Part shown: in pieces, positions 35,701 through 48,106 of the stretch | How positions within the stretch are numbered: the stretch's first letter is position 1 | How the letters are laid out: each line of letters begins with the position of its first letter | NCBI GenBank assembly: GCA_965178125.1 | Contig: OZ237748.1 | Coordinates: forward strand, 310,001-374,000 | Direction of reading: 5' to 3' | Source of the DNA: Bilabrum cf. latius | Taxonomy: Eukaryota | DNA: 64,000 nucleotides | Position numbers and translations under genes: made by a program | The notes under the pieces: model-generated | Databases searched by the model: none | What the model saw: only the letters and a program-made list of their open reading frames with translations | Told to the model about the DNA's origin: nothing

Positions 35701-37409
35701 GTCAAGGAGTTAACGGCTTCGTGTTCGCGGTGGAGGTGGCGCGGCGGGGGGCGAGGGGTGCTGGCGGGGCAGGGGCAGAGGGGGGGTCTGGGTCTGGCGG
35801 TCGATCGCCTGTGCAGCTGGCGCTGAAAGGGCTGCTTCCCTAGGCCCAAGGCGATTCGCACGCAACGAGTCGATTGATGGCTCTACATCGTGAGGAGTGG
35901 AGGGTGCCGCAGATTATTGGGGGGCATCAGAACATCGTGCCCGTGAGACACGCGTTCTTCGGGTCCTCCATGATGCTGCTGCCATGGGTGGGCCCCGTTT
36001 TCCTGGAAGAAGCGAATGCTGTTTCACGTACCACCTGGCTGGCCATGCCCCTGTACCCCACGAGTCTCGAGTCATCCGTTAGGACAATGCCGTGCACGGG
36101 GCCCAGGGAGGCGGCGCTGTGGCTGCTGCAGGCGCTCGAGTCAACTCAGTACATGCTGTCTAGAGGAGTGGTCCACAGGGATGTGAAAGTGGACAATTTC
36201 TTCCTGGCCGGTGATGGGCGGCTGGTGCTGGGCGATTTCGGGGCTGGTGGTGTGTTGTTTCACGGTGGGAGGGCGGCAGAGCTGGAGCGCTAGTTCCGGT
36301 ACAATTAGCAGCAGCAACAGGCCGAGATGGCCGCAGCCACGTCGTCTTCCTCATCGAGTGCGGCGCAGGGAGCACTGGACCCTGAGCTTGGGGGCGGGCT
36401 GGCGGGACTACCCTCTGGTGCAAGTGTCCCACTTGGCCAGCACGAAGAGGAGGAAGAGGAGGACTGGGGGGAGGAGGCAGGGGAGGTGCTGCCTTCCCCT
36501 GGGGAGGTTTTCGAAGAGGCGGGGGATGGATCCACGCATGTCTAGTTCAATGTGACCGCGCTTGCCCCGACAGGAGCACCTGGTGCCAGGGCACCCGAGC
36601 TCATGGCCATGTGCAGGCTCGCCCGGCCCCTGAACGTTGATTCCAAGGGCAAGCCGCTTGAGACACTAGCCCAGGCCTACGAGATGGCCGATGCGTGGGC
36701 GGCGGCCAAGACCGTGTGGGGGCTGCTGGCGCAAGGGGATGCGGCTGCGTCTGCCCTCCCCGGCAACGACAGGCTGTACAAGGATTCTGCCATCCCGAGG
36801 CTGCCCCAGGCCGGCAAGGAGCTGGAGGCGATCCTGAGGGGGCTGCTGCAGTCGCTGCCCAGCAAGCGGCTGCGGCCCGAGAGCGCCATTGCCGCCCTGC
36901 GAGCCCTGCTGTACGGGCCCTGGAGCTGGGAGCAGGTGCAGCGGGCGGCTGGGGAGGGTGATGCTGCGAGCGGTGGGATGATGGGCGGGTCCAGCGGCGG
37001 CAGTACTGGGGCTGCTTCGGGGGCGGGAGCGGGGGATGCTGCATCGGCGACAGCAGCGGGTGCTGGAGCGGGTGGGTCTGGGCTGGTGGAGCTGGTCCGG
37101 GGGCAGCTGTGGGAGTGCGCGGCTGTGGATGCGGGGCGCAGGGGGGTGGAGGGCGTGCCTGCTGCTGGATTGTGCTGGGGCCTGGCGGGGCCTGCTCCCA
37201 TGGTGCGGCTGCCGATCGGGGAGGAGGCGTATGGGGCGTTCGGGTGGGGCGAGCGGCGGTGTGTCCCAGGAGAGGCGAGCCTGTGGGACCGGTTCCTGCG
37301 GCGGGAGGTGCTGCTGCGGGGGGGCGGGCCGGATGGGTCTGCGGCTTGCATGGCCAAGGACTGCAGGGAGCTGGTGGAGGCGGTGAGGAGGTTCGGGCAA
37401 GGAGAGTGA
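29790..37409 (+). CDS. Ankyrin gene G3: ankyrin repeats + coiled coil + PINK1-like kinase (type B)
   Basis: Exons 29982-30075, 30452-30550, 31537-31635, 33211-33309, 34584-34682, 34839-37409. The last exon unites five track ORFs in one frame via TAG only. Motifs ALKG, HQNIV, HRDVKVDN, DFG, APE, ADAWA. Confidence 0.85.
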
Positions 37410-37860
37410 TGGGAGCTGGTGGAGGCGGTGAGGAGGTTCGGGCAAAGAGAGTGATGGGAGCTGGTGGAGGCGGTGAGGAGGTTCGGGCAAGGAGAGTGAT
37501 GGGAGCTGGTGGAGGCGGTGAGGAGGTTCGGGCAAGGAGAGTGATGGGAGCTGGTGGAGGCGGTGAGGAGGTTCGGGCAAGGAGAGTGATGGGAGCTGGT
37601 GGAGGCGGTGAGGAGGTTCGGGCAAAGAGAGTGATGGGAGCTGGTGGAGGCGGTGAGGAGGTTCGGGCAAGGAGAGTGATGGGAGCTGGTGGAGGCGGTG
37701 AGGAGGTTCGGGCAAGGAGAGTGATGGGAGCTGGTGGAGGCGGTGAGGACGTTCGGGCAAGGAGAGTGATGGGAGCTGGTGGAGGCGGTGAGGAGGTTCG
37801 GGCAAGGAGAGTGATGGGAGCTGGTGGAGGCGGTGAGGAGGTTCGGGCAAGGAGAGTGAT
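37366..37860 (+). repeat. 45-bp tandem repeat x11 spanning the G3 stop codon
   Basis: Unit GGGAGCTGGTGGAGGCGGTGAGGAGGTTCGGGCAAGGAGAGTGAT. Confidence 0.95.
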
Positions 37861-38337
37861 GACCGCTTGTGGAGCTGATGGGGGGCTTTTCCTTCGTCGC
37901 CGAGCTGCAGAAATGGAGGCTACTGGAAAAGGGGGCCTGATGTGTTTGGTCATGAAATTTGAAATTGGGGCCGGAGCTTGTCTTGGAATGGCAGCTCGGG
38001 CCACTGCTTGCTTGCTGTAACTGACTGTATAAAGATAAATCCAAATGGATCAAGTTGACTGCATCATTGGTGCATCGCCCAATGTTTGTTGTCAAAGCAA
38101 ATATGTGCAAACAACACCCTTCGATTATGATGGCTACCATACTAATATAGTAATCAAACTTACTGATACAATAAAAACGACAGTTTCATCTACATGGACC
38201 GCGGCAAAAGCCCAGACGTGATCCGGGCGCCTGACCGGACGTGCGCGGCGCCAAAATAAGTTCCGCACACACAAATATGGTCGGCTGCTGCAACCGCTTC
38301 CTGGAAGGCACTAGTCCGATTGTTATATCAGTTTGAG

Positions 38338-41300
38338 ATGTGGGAAAGTTTGTGTTTTTATTTTAGTACCGGTACAACTTGTAGAGTCTGATACTGCTCC
38401 GTAGCAGCTGTTGTATCCTCGCTACCTATGGTGCGTTGAGATCTCCTCGTGGATTCGATCCATATGAGTCTGCTTGACGCGGTACATACAATTAGTTGGT
38501 AAATGGTCAAGTTTTGCAGGGGAGACGCGCTTATATCAGCAGCCGAGTATGGCAAGGTGGACGACCTGAGGGCTTGCCTGGATTCGGGGACGGACATCGA
38601 ATCCAAAGATAGCGTGAGATTGGGCTATACTGGTCGAGCTGTTGGATTCCTTCTTGGGTTGATATAAGTGTTAAGACCGGAAGGTCCACGTACAGGCGGT
38701 TTTGTAGCTCACCAGTGATGGTATGAGGGCGGTCCACCATTGGATACCTGTTGCACGCCATCGATTCATCGGCGAGCTAAATCAGGGGGCGAGTCGGGGG
38801 AGCTAATTTGATTCAGGTGTAATGGTGTGCGTACATGACAGTGACATACACCTCTTCTTCTGTTTGCTCTCCGCGCCTGGCCATCAGCGGATCGTCACCT
38901 CCCACCACCAGGTTGCTCCCTTCCCTCGGGGTCTGCTTGCCATCCACGGCTACCCACCAACGGTTTTATCTGTCTTGGTGCATCGCAGTATGGTAAGACA
39001 GCAGCATGGAAGGCTGCATACAATGGCAAGACGGACTGCCTGTAGCTGCTCATCGAGAGGGGCGCCAACGTGAACGCTGCCGACATCGTGAGAGAGATAG
39101 GCTACCTGGCCAACAGGACTGGTTGTAGTCGATACTTGGGATATTTGATTTGGCTTGAGATATTATTATACTGTTTGTATCCGTTCAAGTGGCTAGCATA
39201 GCATCTAGCTAGCTCCTCGTCGATCGGGCCGGACCCCCGAGCAAGTGCTCCCCGGTGACTGACGAGGTCTCAAGGGGAGGCGCGATTTGTTGTTGATGTC
39301 TTGTGGATGTGGTCGATTCTATGTTGGTATGACTAAACCATGCATGTCTTCCAATATTGGTGCTTAGTTTAGCCATCGTTAAGCTCCGCCCAGCTGTCCC
39401 ACGTGGCTCTCGTGATGGGTGGGGCAGGCGGGTGGTGGCTTGCGGGATGCGGATTCACCCGAGTTGTGTCTGGGTTTAGAAGGCAAATGCCAATTACATG
39501 GTTGACTTTGTGTATTTCCTTTGTTCAAGGTTGGTTGTCGATCGATGGCAGCTCCCCGGGGGAAGACACGATTGGCCTGTTTGACGAGTATCAGCTCGAC
39601 CCTCATTGCCTGGCTTGCGCCACCGATGGGCAGAGTTCAACGAGTTTGCATTAATCAGTCCATAAACACTATGACATAAATGTGATTAATTTGAGTCATA
39701 CGTCTTTCAGGACCTGCAAAGCGGTCGAGGCGGCTGCTGCCCGTCCCCCCAGAGGGCCCCTCGGCTATCTCAGCCCCCAGGCGGATTCAGAGGCCGAGAC
39801 CGGTCCCTGTCGCGATGCAATGGCTTGATAGGAAGATTAGTATATGTTCGGATTCGTATTTCAGTGATTTTGTCCCTCAAGCGGGAATCGATCCGGGGAC
39901 TGCGCCCCTAGGGCCCAGAGCGACTCCCACCGGTCCGTCCCAAAGCCCTCCCACTACACCCCCATCATTCGCCCCATGCCCACACACATCCACACCCACA
40001 CCTTACCCAAACACTCCCCCTGCTTACCCCCACTCCCTGTCTCCCATCCCCCCACCACAGTTTGGCCGCACACCTGTTCATGTGGCATCCGCGAATGGGC
40101 ACGATGACTGCCTTCGATTGCTGCTTGAAAATGGGGGGGAAGCGAACGCGGTGCACGAGGTGAGAGAGAGAGAGAAATATGTTGAGGGAGAGGTTGGTCT
40201 TGTGTGTGCGTGCTTGTGTGTTGGATGGATGTGTGTGTGTCTGTCCGGCTTGGAATTGCCCGCTCCCGGGTCCGAGACCCGCTGGGAGGGTCCTTCGCGG
40301 TGCTCCCGCTGCGTTGACGGATTGGGGCTGGACGCTAGTGCGCGTATCTCGGGCTGTAGGTATGGTATGGTATCATGGTTTGGACCCATCGGCGTGATTT
40401 TGGGAGCGCAATACTGCGATTATAATCGACTCCGGACTCGATTGGTCGCATTGGATCGCCATTCCGAAGCGATTGGTTGCTTTCAAAAGGTTCAGAGAGC
40501 CTCGTTCTTGTCAAAATGTGGATGATTATCTTTATTAAGTCACCTTATGCCGGATTGACCGGTTCCGGAAGGAAGTAGCTGCACTCGCCTGGCCAAGCCA
40601 TGGCTGGTGATCGATGGTCCATTCGATTCTCAAGCGGAGAACAGTTGGCTCTGCTAGCAGGTCTGATTGTTATCATCATTGTGTAGTTCGCTCTTTTGGC
40701 ATGTTCTTTGAGGCGGGGGGATGTTTCAAATTGGGAGTCGGAGCGCTCGGAGAGTTCCGGTTTGATCGGACCGTGGAGATGTGGCGCTGGAATCGTGGCA
40801 CCTTGTTGGGAGCACGCGCACCAACCAGCGCAGAAAGAGAGACGCCTGCAACACAAGGTAACACGCACTGAGTGAAGAAGGCGTACAACGGGAGTTGATA
40901 AATAGCTGACTGTGCATATCCAGCCGAGTAGGTCCTCCTGCTTTGGATGCTTGCGAGAACAGTGGGCGTCGATGAGCGTTTAATTGGCGATGAAGCGATA
41001 CATGATGCATGATTTAGGTTTATTGTATGGCGATTCTGATGCTTGGCGGGCCTTGGACTGTGTGTCTGAACGGCTCTGTCCGGTTCGTTCTGGCGAAGCT
41101 TCGCTAGCATCGGATCACCCAAGGATCGGGATTTTGGGCTGCTTTGCCAGTGGAAATTAATTTGCTTGGTTTGTTTGTGTATGGATCCTGTATTGAAATA
41201 TTTGGTTTGCGTAGAGCTTGCTGACAGCGCAACTGGATGCTGTGTGATCAGTTTTCTGCAGTCGTTTGAGCACAGCACCTGAACCGGGCAGGGTCAGCTG

Positions 41301-42424
41301 TTCGTTCGCGAACGTATAGCTGATACTGGCGTGATCCTGTGATCGACCGGCGAGGTGTCATTTCGGTTCGAGTCTACACTGGGGAAAGAGAGAGATCAGC
41401 CTCTGCGCTAGACAGGATTAGCAAAGAAATGCAGAAGCAGCCCAAGCCAGTAGCGTTCTTCTCTGGCACGGCCTGTGACGCTAAGATGCGACGCAGCTCA
41501 TCTCCGAGCAAGCATTACAGGATCTATGTGAATGCAGCTCGACTTAATCGGCACTGCCTGGTCTGGAGCCGCGATGGATTCAAAATTGTTTTCATTTTTC
41601 AGGTACCGGAAGAACTTGGTTTGCTTGATTGCCGTTAGTGGTGGTTTCGCAGTGCACCTGGCGCTGCCTCTCGGTCGTCGGTTCGCTGCCGGACCGCTGC
41701 CGCACCAGGCCGAGTTTATCGGTGGTTGTGATGTTGCATATATTCAAGCTCTCAAAGATCGATCGGTCGGGCAATCGTTTGAGATAATCCGTGTTGGCCC
41801 ATGACCTTACAGAACCCTCCGATTTTCCCGCAGTGGGTAGACACTCCCCTCCACTGGGCAGCGTACTATGGCCACACCGCCTGCGCTACCATCCTCATGG
41901 AGGCAGGGGCCCGCAGGGACATCAAGAACAAAGTGAGCTTCCACAACTGCATCGCAATAGCTCTTGATTCCCAAATGCTCATCAAGCTATCCAAGGGATC
42001 GAAGAACCCTCCCACCCACGAATCCACCCCCCGCACATCTTTGACCCCATGACTCCTCTCTCCGTCGCTTTCTTTGATCGAGCAGAGAGGCGAGACTCCT
42101 ACCAAGAAAGCAGACTCCAATGGCAAGTCCGAGGCAGCTACCACCATCCGGTTATTCATCCGCTCTAAGATTCGAAGAGCCATGTGCTGGAGGAGGGCAG
42201 TGGAGGCCAAGAGGGATGCATCGATGGTGTTCAGGGCAGCGAGCACTGGCAGGCCCATGGAGCTTGAAAAGAGGCTGAGGTTGGGCAAGCTGGCTGGTGG
42301 GTTGGAGATCAAGGGAATAGCGATGCATGGCAATGGGAGCTCTAGGCTGGTGCTTCCACTGGAGGCAGCTAGGCTGGGAGGGCACGACGATTGCGTGAAG
42401 CTGCTGCAGGAGGCCTAGGGATGA
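38338..42424 (+). CDS. Ankyrin gene G4 (short tail)
   Basis: Exons 38520-38613, 38989-39087, 40061-40159, 41834-41932, 42086-42424; ends EA(TAG)G-TGA. Confidence 0.8.
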
Positions 42425-42685
42425 GGTCTAGGCTGGTGCTTCCACTAGAGGCAGCCAGGCTGGGTGGGCACGACGATTGCGTGAAGCTGCTGCAGGAGGC
42501 CTAGGGATGAGCGCTAGGCTGGTACTTCCACTGGAGGCAGCCAGGCTGGGTGGGCACGATGATTGCGTGAAGCTGCTGCAGGAGGCCTAGGGATGAGATC
42601 TAGGCTGGTGCTTCCACTGGATGCAGCCAGGCTGGGAGGGCATGACGAGTGCTTGAAGTTGCTGCAGGCGGCCTACGGAGGTTGA
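42341..42685 (+). repeat. 86-bp tandem repeat x4 spanning the G4 stop codon (x2 in G6, ~57617-57790)
   Basis: Unit TCTAGGCTGGTGCTTCCACTGGAGGCAGC...GAGGCCTAGGGATGAGG. Confidence 0.9.
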
Positions 42686-42747
42686 TATTTTGTATTTGTT
42701 TCTTTAATTCACAATTATGGATACGCAATTGACCTTGTTGGAACGTC

Positions 42748-45177
42748 TGCTGCATGGCCCGCTGGCTGGAGGGGCATCCTCAAGGGGGCCCTCCCCATCG
42801 GGGCGCAGGGGCAGTACTACGAGCCCATGGCCAAGCAGCAGCAGAGGGACTGGCTGATGCCCGCGCTGCTGGGCTCCCGGAGAGGCACTCGCGGGGAGCT
42901 GGTGCTGCATGCGCACCCCAACGTGCTCCGCGTGCTGCACAGCTTCCTGGGCTCCTCCCAGCTGATGGTGCAATGGGTGCCTGCCTACAACGACCAGCCC
43001 ATGGCGCTGCGGCGCAAGACCACATGGGTGGTCATGGAGCGGTTCCCCACCACGCTCAAGGGGGCCTTCGCGGCTGTCCGGGAGAAGGGGGGGCGCGTGT
43101 CGGGGCGGCAGGTGTGTCTGTGGCTGCTGCAGGTGCTGCGGGCGCTGCAGCACGCCCGGTCCCGCGGGGTGGTGCACCGGGACGTGAAGGCGGACAACGT
43201 GTTTCTGACGGCGGATGGTCGGGCCGTGCTGGGCGACTGGGGCAGCGGGTTGCTGCTGTACACGGGCGGCCTGTCCGTGCAGATCGACCGCACGCTGCAG
43301 GGCCTGGTGAACATCTAGAACGAGGTGCCTGTGCCATCGCAGGGGGCAGGTGTGACGAGTGACCCGATGCCCATCAACGAGGAGGACCCGTCGGCGTTCA
43401 TCCGCGAGGGCCTCAAGGCCGGGCCAGGGGCACCAATGGGAGGATCCGGAGGAAAGGGTGTGACGAGTGGGAGCAAGGCCGCGCCTGCCTCCGCCGGCCC
43501 TGTGCCCGCATCACCGGCGGGAATCCAGGCCCAGTCGCTGTTCCTGGGGAGCGGATCGGGGGCTCATCCAGAGGCGTTCTCGAGGTCTCAGGTGGGCGAG
43601 GGTGGGGCTGGTGTGGCCCAGGGTCCCGAGGTGCATGCCCGCGCACAGGGGGGGCAGCAGGGAGCCAAGGACCCGTGGGGGAGGGTGATGCTGACCGCGG
43701 CGCAGGTGTACGCCTTCAGCGACGCGTGGGCGGCGGGTCGCATGATGTGGGAGAAGCTGGCGGGGCAGGGGCGGGCTGCAGGGGGCGAGGCAGTGACGCT
43801 GGATGGCCTGGCATTCGGGCAGGAGGGTGGGGGCGGCACGTCTCTGCCGATGCTGCCGCCCGAGGCAGGCTGTCCCCCCCAGCTGGAGGCGGTGCTGCGG
43901 GGGCTGCTTTAGGCCCGCCCCCAGGCCCGGCTGCCCCCGGAAGAGGCCATCCGCGCCCTCACGGCGATGCTCTACGGGAAGCACGCAGGGAGTGTGACGA
44001 GTGGTAATGGAGGTGCTGCCGATGGTGCAGATGCGGAGGCAGCTGATGAAGAGGATCCCGCGGGGGCCGGGTCCGTGGACGTGGTGGAGGCGTGGGTGCG
44101 GGAGCAGCGGCTACGGCTGTGCGAGGCCGAGCACCGGCGGGCCCCTCTGTCGCGGGCCGCGCTGGTGGGTCACCGGGCTGCCCTCGAGGCGGAGGCAGGG
44201 GCGGGGCAGGAGCGGGGAGGGGCCCGTGGGGAGGAGGGGGCGGGGCCGGCCAGCGGGGCGGGGGCGGACGATCCAGGGCCCGATGAGTCTGCTGGTGCTG
44301 GTGCTGGTGCTGGTGCTGGTGCTGGTGGGCAGGGCGGGGTCGAGAGCGCGGTCTCGTCTACTCTTGCGGACGAGCTGGTGGAGCAGGCCGTGCTGCGGGC
44401 CGCGGAGCAGCTGGGGCCCGAGGCGGCCGGTGATGGGGCTGGCGGTGTGACGAGTGAGGTGGCCGCTGCGGTGGAGCGGTGGAGGGTCTGTCCATGGGCG
44501 TGGTGGGCGGGCATGCCTTCGAGGGGGAGCTGGCCGAGGCAGTGGGGGCCGGCGTGCTGCAGGACCGCGGGGAGGCCGAGCGGGCCGTGGTGCAGGCGGG
44601 GCCCATGGCCGTGCTGCGGCCCCCGAGCGCGGGCACGCGGGCCATGTTCGGGTGGACCGCGGGCAGCATGCCGGGGCGCGTGCGTCCGCTGGTGGAGGGG
44701 GAGGCCTCGCTGTGGGACAGGCACCTGCGGCGGGAGCTGCTGTCCCGGGAGGATGCCGCGCGGGAGGTGCGCCTGAACGCCGAGTCGCTCCGGAGGACCA
44801 TGCAGTGCTTCGGGCCCGGGACGGGGGCAGCGGCGGATGGGCCAGGTGCAGGTGCAGGTGCAGGTGCAGGCCTGTCTTGGTGCCTCCCGTGGGATGGGCC
44901 CAGGGACAGGAGCTGGGTGCCTGCCTCGCTGTCCGAGACGGGGGCCGGGCCGCAGGAATCGCTGCCGGAGGGATGGAGGGCTGTCACGGACTCTGAAGGG
45001 GGCGTGATCTACGAGCGCGCTGACGGGCATGTGACGAGGATCAAGCCCACGGAGCCGTTCGTGGCATCGGCGGCGCAGGACCCGCTGCCCGACGGGTGGG
45101 AGGAGGGGTCCATGGGGGGCCGTGTGATGTACGTGCACCCCGCATCGGGGAGGATGCAGTTCGATCGACCCACGTGA
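42748..45177 (+). pseudogene. 5'-truncated kinase-A copy with Gly-Ala linker and two WW domains; frameshift at ~44476
   Basis: Near-identical to 16215-17668 but lacks the Gly-rich loop and ankyrin exons. An 8-nt duplication (CGGTGGAG) shifts the frame before the WW module. Confidence 0.78.
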
Positions 45178-45870
45178 TGGCATGGTTCGAACTGGGGCTT
45201 CTGAGAGTCTCATCAGGGTATGTGGCTGGATGTGTTTAGTTGGATTTGAAGTTGAACTTGGCCTGGGGCTTGCCTTAGAATGGCAGCTCGGGCCACTGCT
45301 TGCTTGCTGTGACTGACTGTAAACGAATAAATCATGCGCACATTATGGATAATAATTTGGTGTCAAGCCACACATCCATGTTGAGGCAATCCAAATGGAT
45401 ACCCTTCGTGTAAAAGCCATCGTACTCGGTGATAGGGCTGCTTCAGATTGCAGCCAGGCAGGATTTAATTCCAGTTTTGCATCCCCTGGATCCTGTCATT
45501 GCCCGACGACCGACCAACTGCCAGACTGATTTTCACCCATGGCAGCGTCAATAGGGCCTCACCACCAGGTGGTGCTGCTGCATGTTTGTACGGAAAGACC
45601 ACAAAGAATCACTCTCACCGAATAATGCCAGGCATGACTGCATCATGTCCCTGCTGCCGTTCACTCCCGCGACACAGCGGTGGTCAAAGTCGTGCAGCAC
45701 ACACCGTGCGATGGGCTCGAGCGCAAGTCCTGCGAGAGAAACGAGGGATGAACAAAATGGACGAATACGATGGAAGTGCTGGCTCACGCATGGAAAAGAG
45801 TGCCAATTCTCGTGCGAGGACACGCGGCCCCGATCGACTGCCCACACCATCACATGTGGCACCAGCAGCG

Positions 45871-47756
45871 TCAGACACGTGCGGAGGTGTGCCGACTAAT
45901 AGTCCTCTTTAGCCACCTGCGGATTTCTTCCTCCCAACCGGCTTTGGTCACTCCGCCCAGGTGCCAGGCGCTGACGGTGCCCACCAGCGCACCCCCGCAC
46001 ACGCTCACCCACACGCCCCCCTTGCACAGACCCCCCACGCGGCCGCGCACCAGCTGGCCCGGCTTCACGCTGCCCCATCCCTGCACCCCGCCCAGCGGAA
46101 CCGCCGCGGCGCCAAACCGGCTGGGCCCGCCCTTCCCCTTCCCCTTCTGCTTGCCCTTGGCTGCAGTTCTATCAGATCCGGAGTCCCGCGCGATCTCGTA
46201 CCCTCCCGTCCGGACCTGCAGCACAGCCGTCCCGTCCCCCCTTACACTCGTCACACGGGCACCCAGCAGGTACCCCCCCTCCGTCAGGGGGTTCCCCTGC
46301 CCGTCCGTCCCGTCAGTCGCTGAAAAGGGAAGGAACCCCCGGAGGCCCCTGCCGCCCGACGCACCTGCTCCCGCACCGCCATTCCCTGCACCCTCCCCCG
46401 CCCCGACCCCCAGGTCCACCACCCACCCCTCGTCCTCGGCCGACACCAGCTGCCCCCCCACCGGCGTGCCAGCCTCCACGTACGCCCTCGAGAGCCCCAT
46501 CGCCAGTCGCGCCGGGGCCAAACTGCACGCTACTTCCAAACCGGAAGAACCCCTCGACCCGCTGGCGGCCTGTGCCCTGGCCGCCGCCGCCCCCTCCTCG
46601 TCCCCTCTGGCAGCCAGGAGCGCGGCACGGGCCTCTGCCGCCTGAGCCGCGGCCGCCGACTTGGGCTTGGGAGCGAGCGTGGAGGCCCGGAGCAGCTGCC
46701 CGGGCCGGAAGAATGCCGTGAGCGGGGCGGGGCCGCGTGCATCTGCGCATGGCCTGGACTCATGATCCTCATCCTCGTCCTCTTCGCTTTCATCCTCTTC
46801 TTTCTCATCGTTTGCAGCTTCCACACCCCCCTTGCCCCTGCCCCTGCCCCTGCCCCTGAGCCATCCCCTGACCCTCCTCCTCACCACGGCGCCGCACTCC
46901 TACAGGGTCACCTTGCCCCTGCCCCTACCCCTGCCCCTGAGCCATCCCCTGACCCTCCTCCTCACCACGGCGCCGCACTCCTACAGGGTCACCTTGCCCC
47001 TGCCCCTGCCCCTGAGCCATCCCCTGACCCTCCTCCTCACCACGGCGCCGCACTCCTACAGGGTCGCCCTGCCCGTGATCCCAAAGGGGAGGGACAGCGT
47101 CAGGGATCGGGAGCCTACACTCGTCACACTCGCCAGGACCAGAGTGCCGGGCCGGATGGTCTGCGAGGAGCAAGCAGGGGAGGTCAACGGGGGGAGCGCG
47201 GTGGTCGCGGTACACGGGCAAATTCACAGCGTCAAAAGCATCAGGGCAGAGATGAGCGGTTGTACACTAGTATCTCGCTAGGCGTTGTCTTTCTCTTCCT
47301 CACCTTCGCCTTGAGGACCCACGCCTCCCTGGGTGCCTGCACCCCGGCTCGCCTTGCCACCGACAAGGGGCCCTGGGTCTTCCCCGCCGATGATGACGAT
47401 GATGCAATTGATGCAGCTCCTCTTGCATGGCCTCTGCGGCTTGACTCGGTGCGGGCTTCCATGCCCATGCCTCCGCCACTGCGGCTGCTGTCTGCCTGCT
47501 GCTCGGCTCGGGAGCTGGAATTCGACTTTCGCCTGCCGCTGCCTCTGGAACGGCGCTGCGACTGCTGCTCCTACACTTGGGAGCTTGCATCAGCTCCGGC
47601 AGTCCCGCCGGTTGCTGGCGATGCTGCTGGGCCACTGCCTCCAAACAGCCTGGGAATGTGCTCGAGCGAAGTCGAGGGAGCTGGCTTCTTCGGCTTTGTA
47701 CCGGGCATCGGCACCGCCCGAGATAGTCCTCTCGGAAATGATGACTATTGATCCAT
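45871..47756 (-). pseudogene. RRP5: Truncated RRP5-like gene, copy B, with an in-frame 81-bp triplication (46831-47070)
   Basis: Paralog of 27685-29441; starts MDQ(TAG)SSFPRG. Confidence 0.7.
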
Positions 47757-48106
47757 GGCTGTATAGACTGTTGTTGAAAAGTTGTTGCTTATACTGCTGC
47801 TTGCTGCCAAACTCCAGATGGAGGCTGTGGCCAGTCGAAATCAGCTTGAATAGGCTCCAGAACCAAGTTATGGATATACGGCTCAAATTTACTGCTAGCA
47901 AAGCCAAGCTTTATTAAGTATACTTGCAAGTGATCCTTCGATTACCCGTGGTTCTCACTCAAAATGATGAGTTGCGCCTCTGTGCTCCAAAATGGTATTT
48001 TGTCTTTAGTTGCGTGTGCATGGAACATTCCCCATGATCCGGCCTAGATTGTCCATCTTCCAGCCTGCTTGTAGGGCACTGGGTCTTATTGTGATATCAG
48101 TTTGAG

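Noticed and set aside
37366-37860. 45-bp array as CRISPR or telomeric repeat
   Set aside because: It has no spacers, and the unit is a copy of the gene's last codons.
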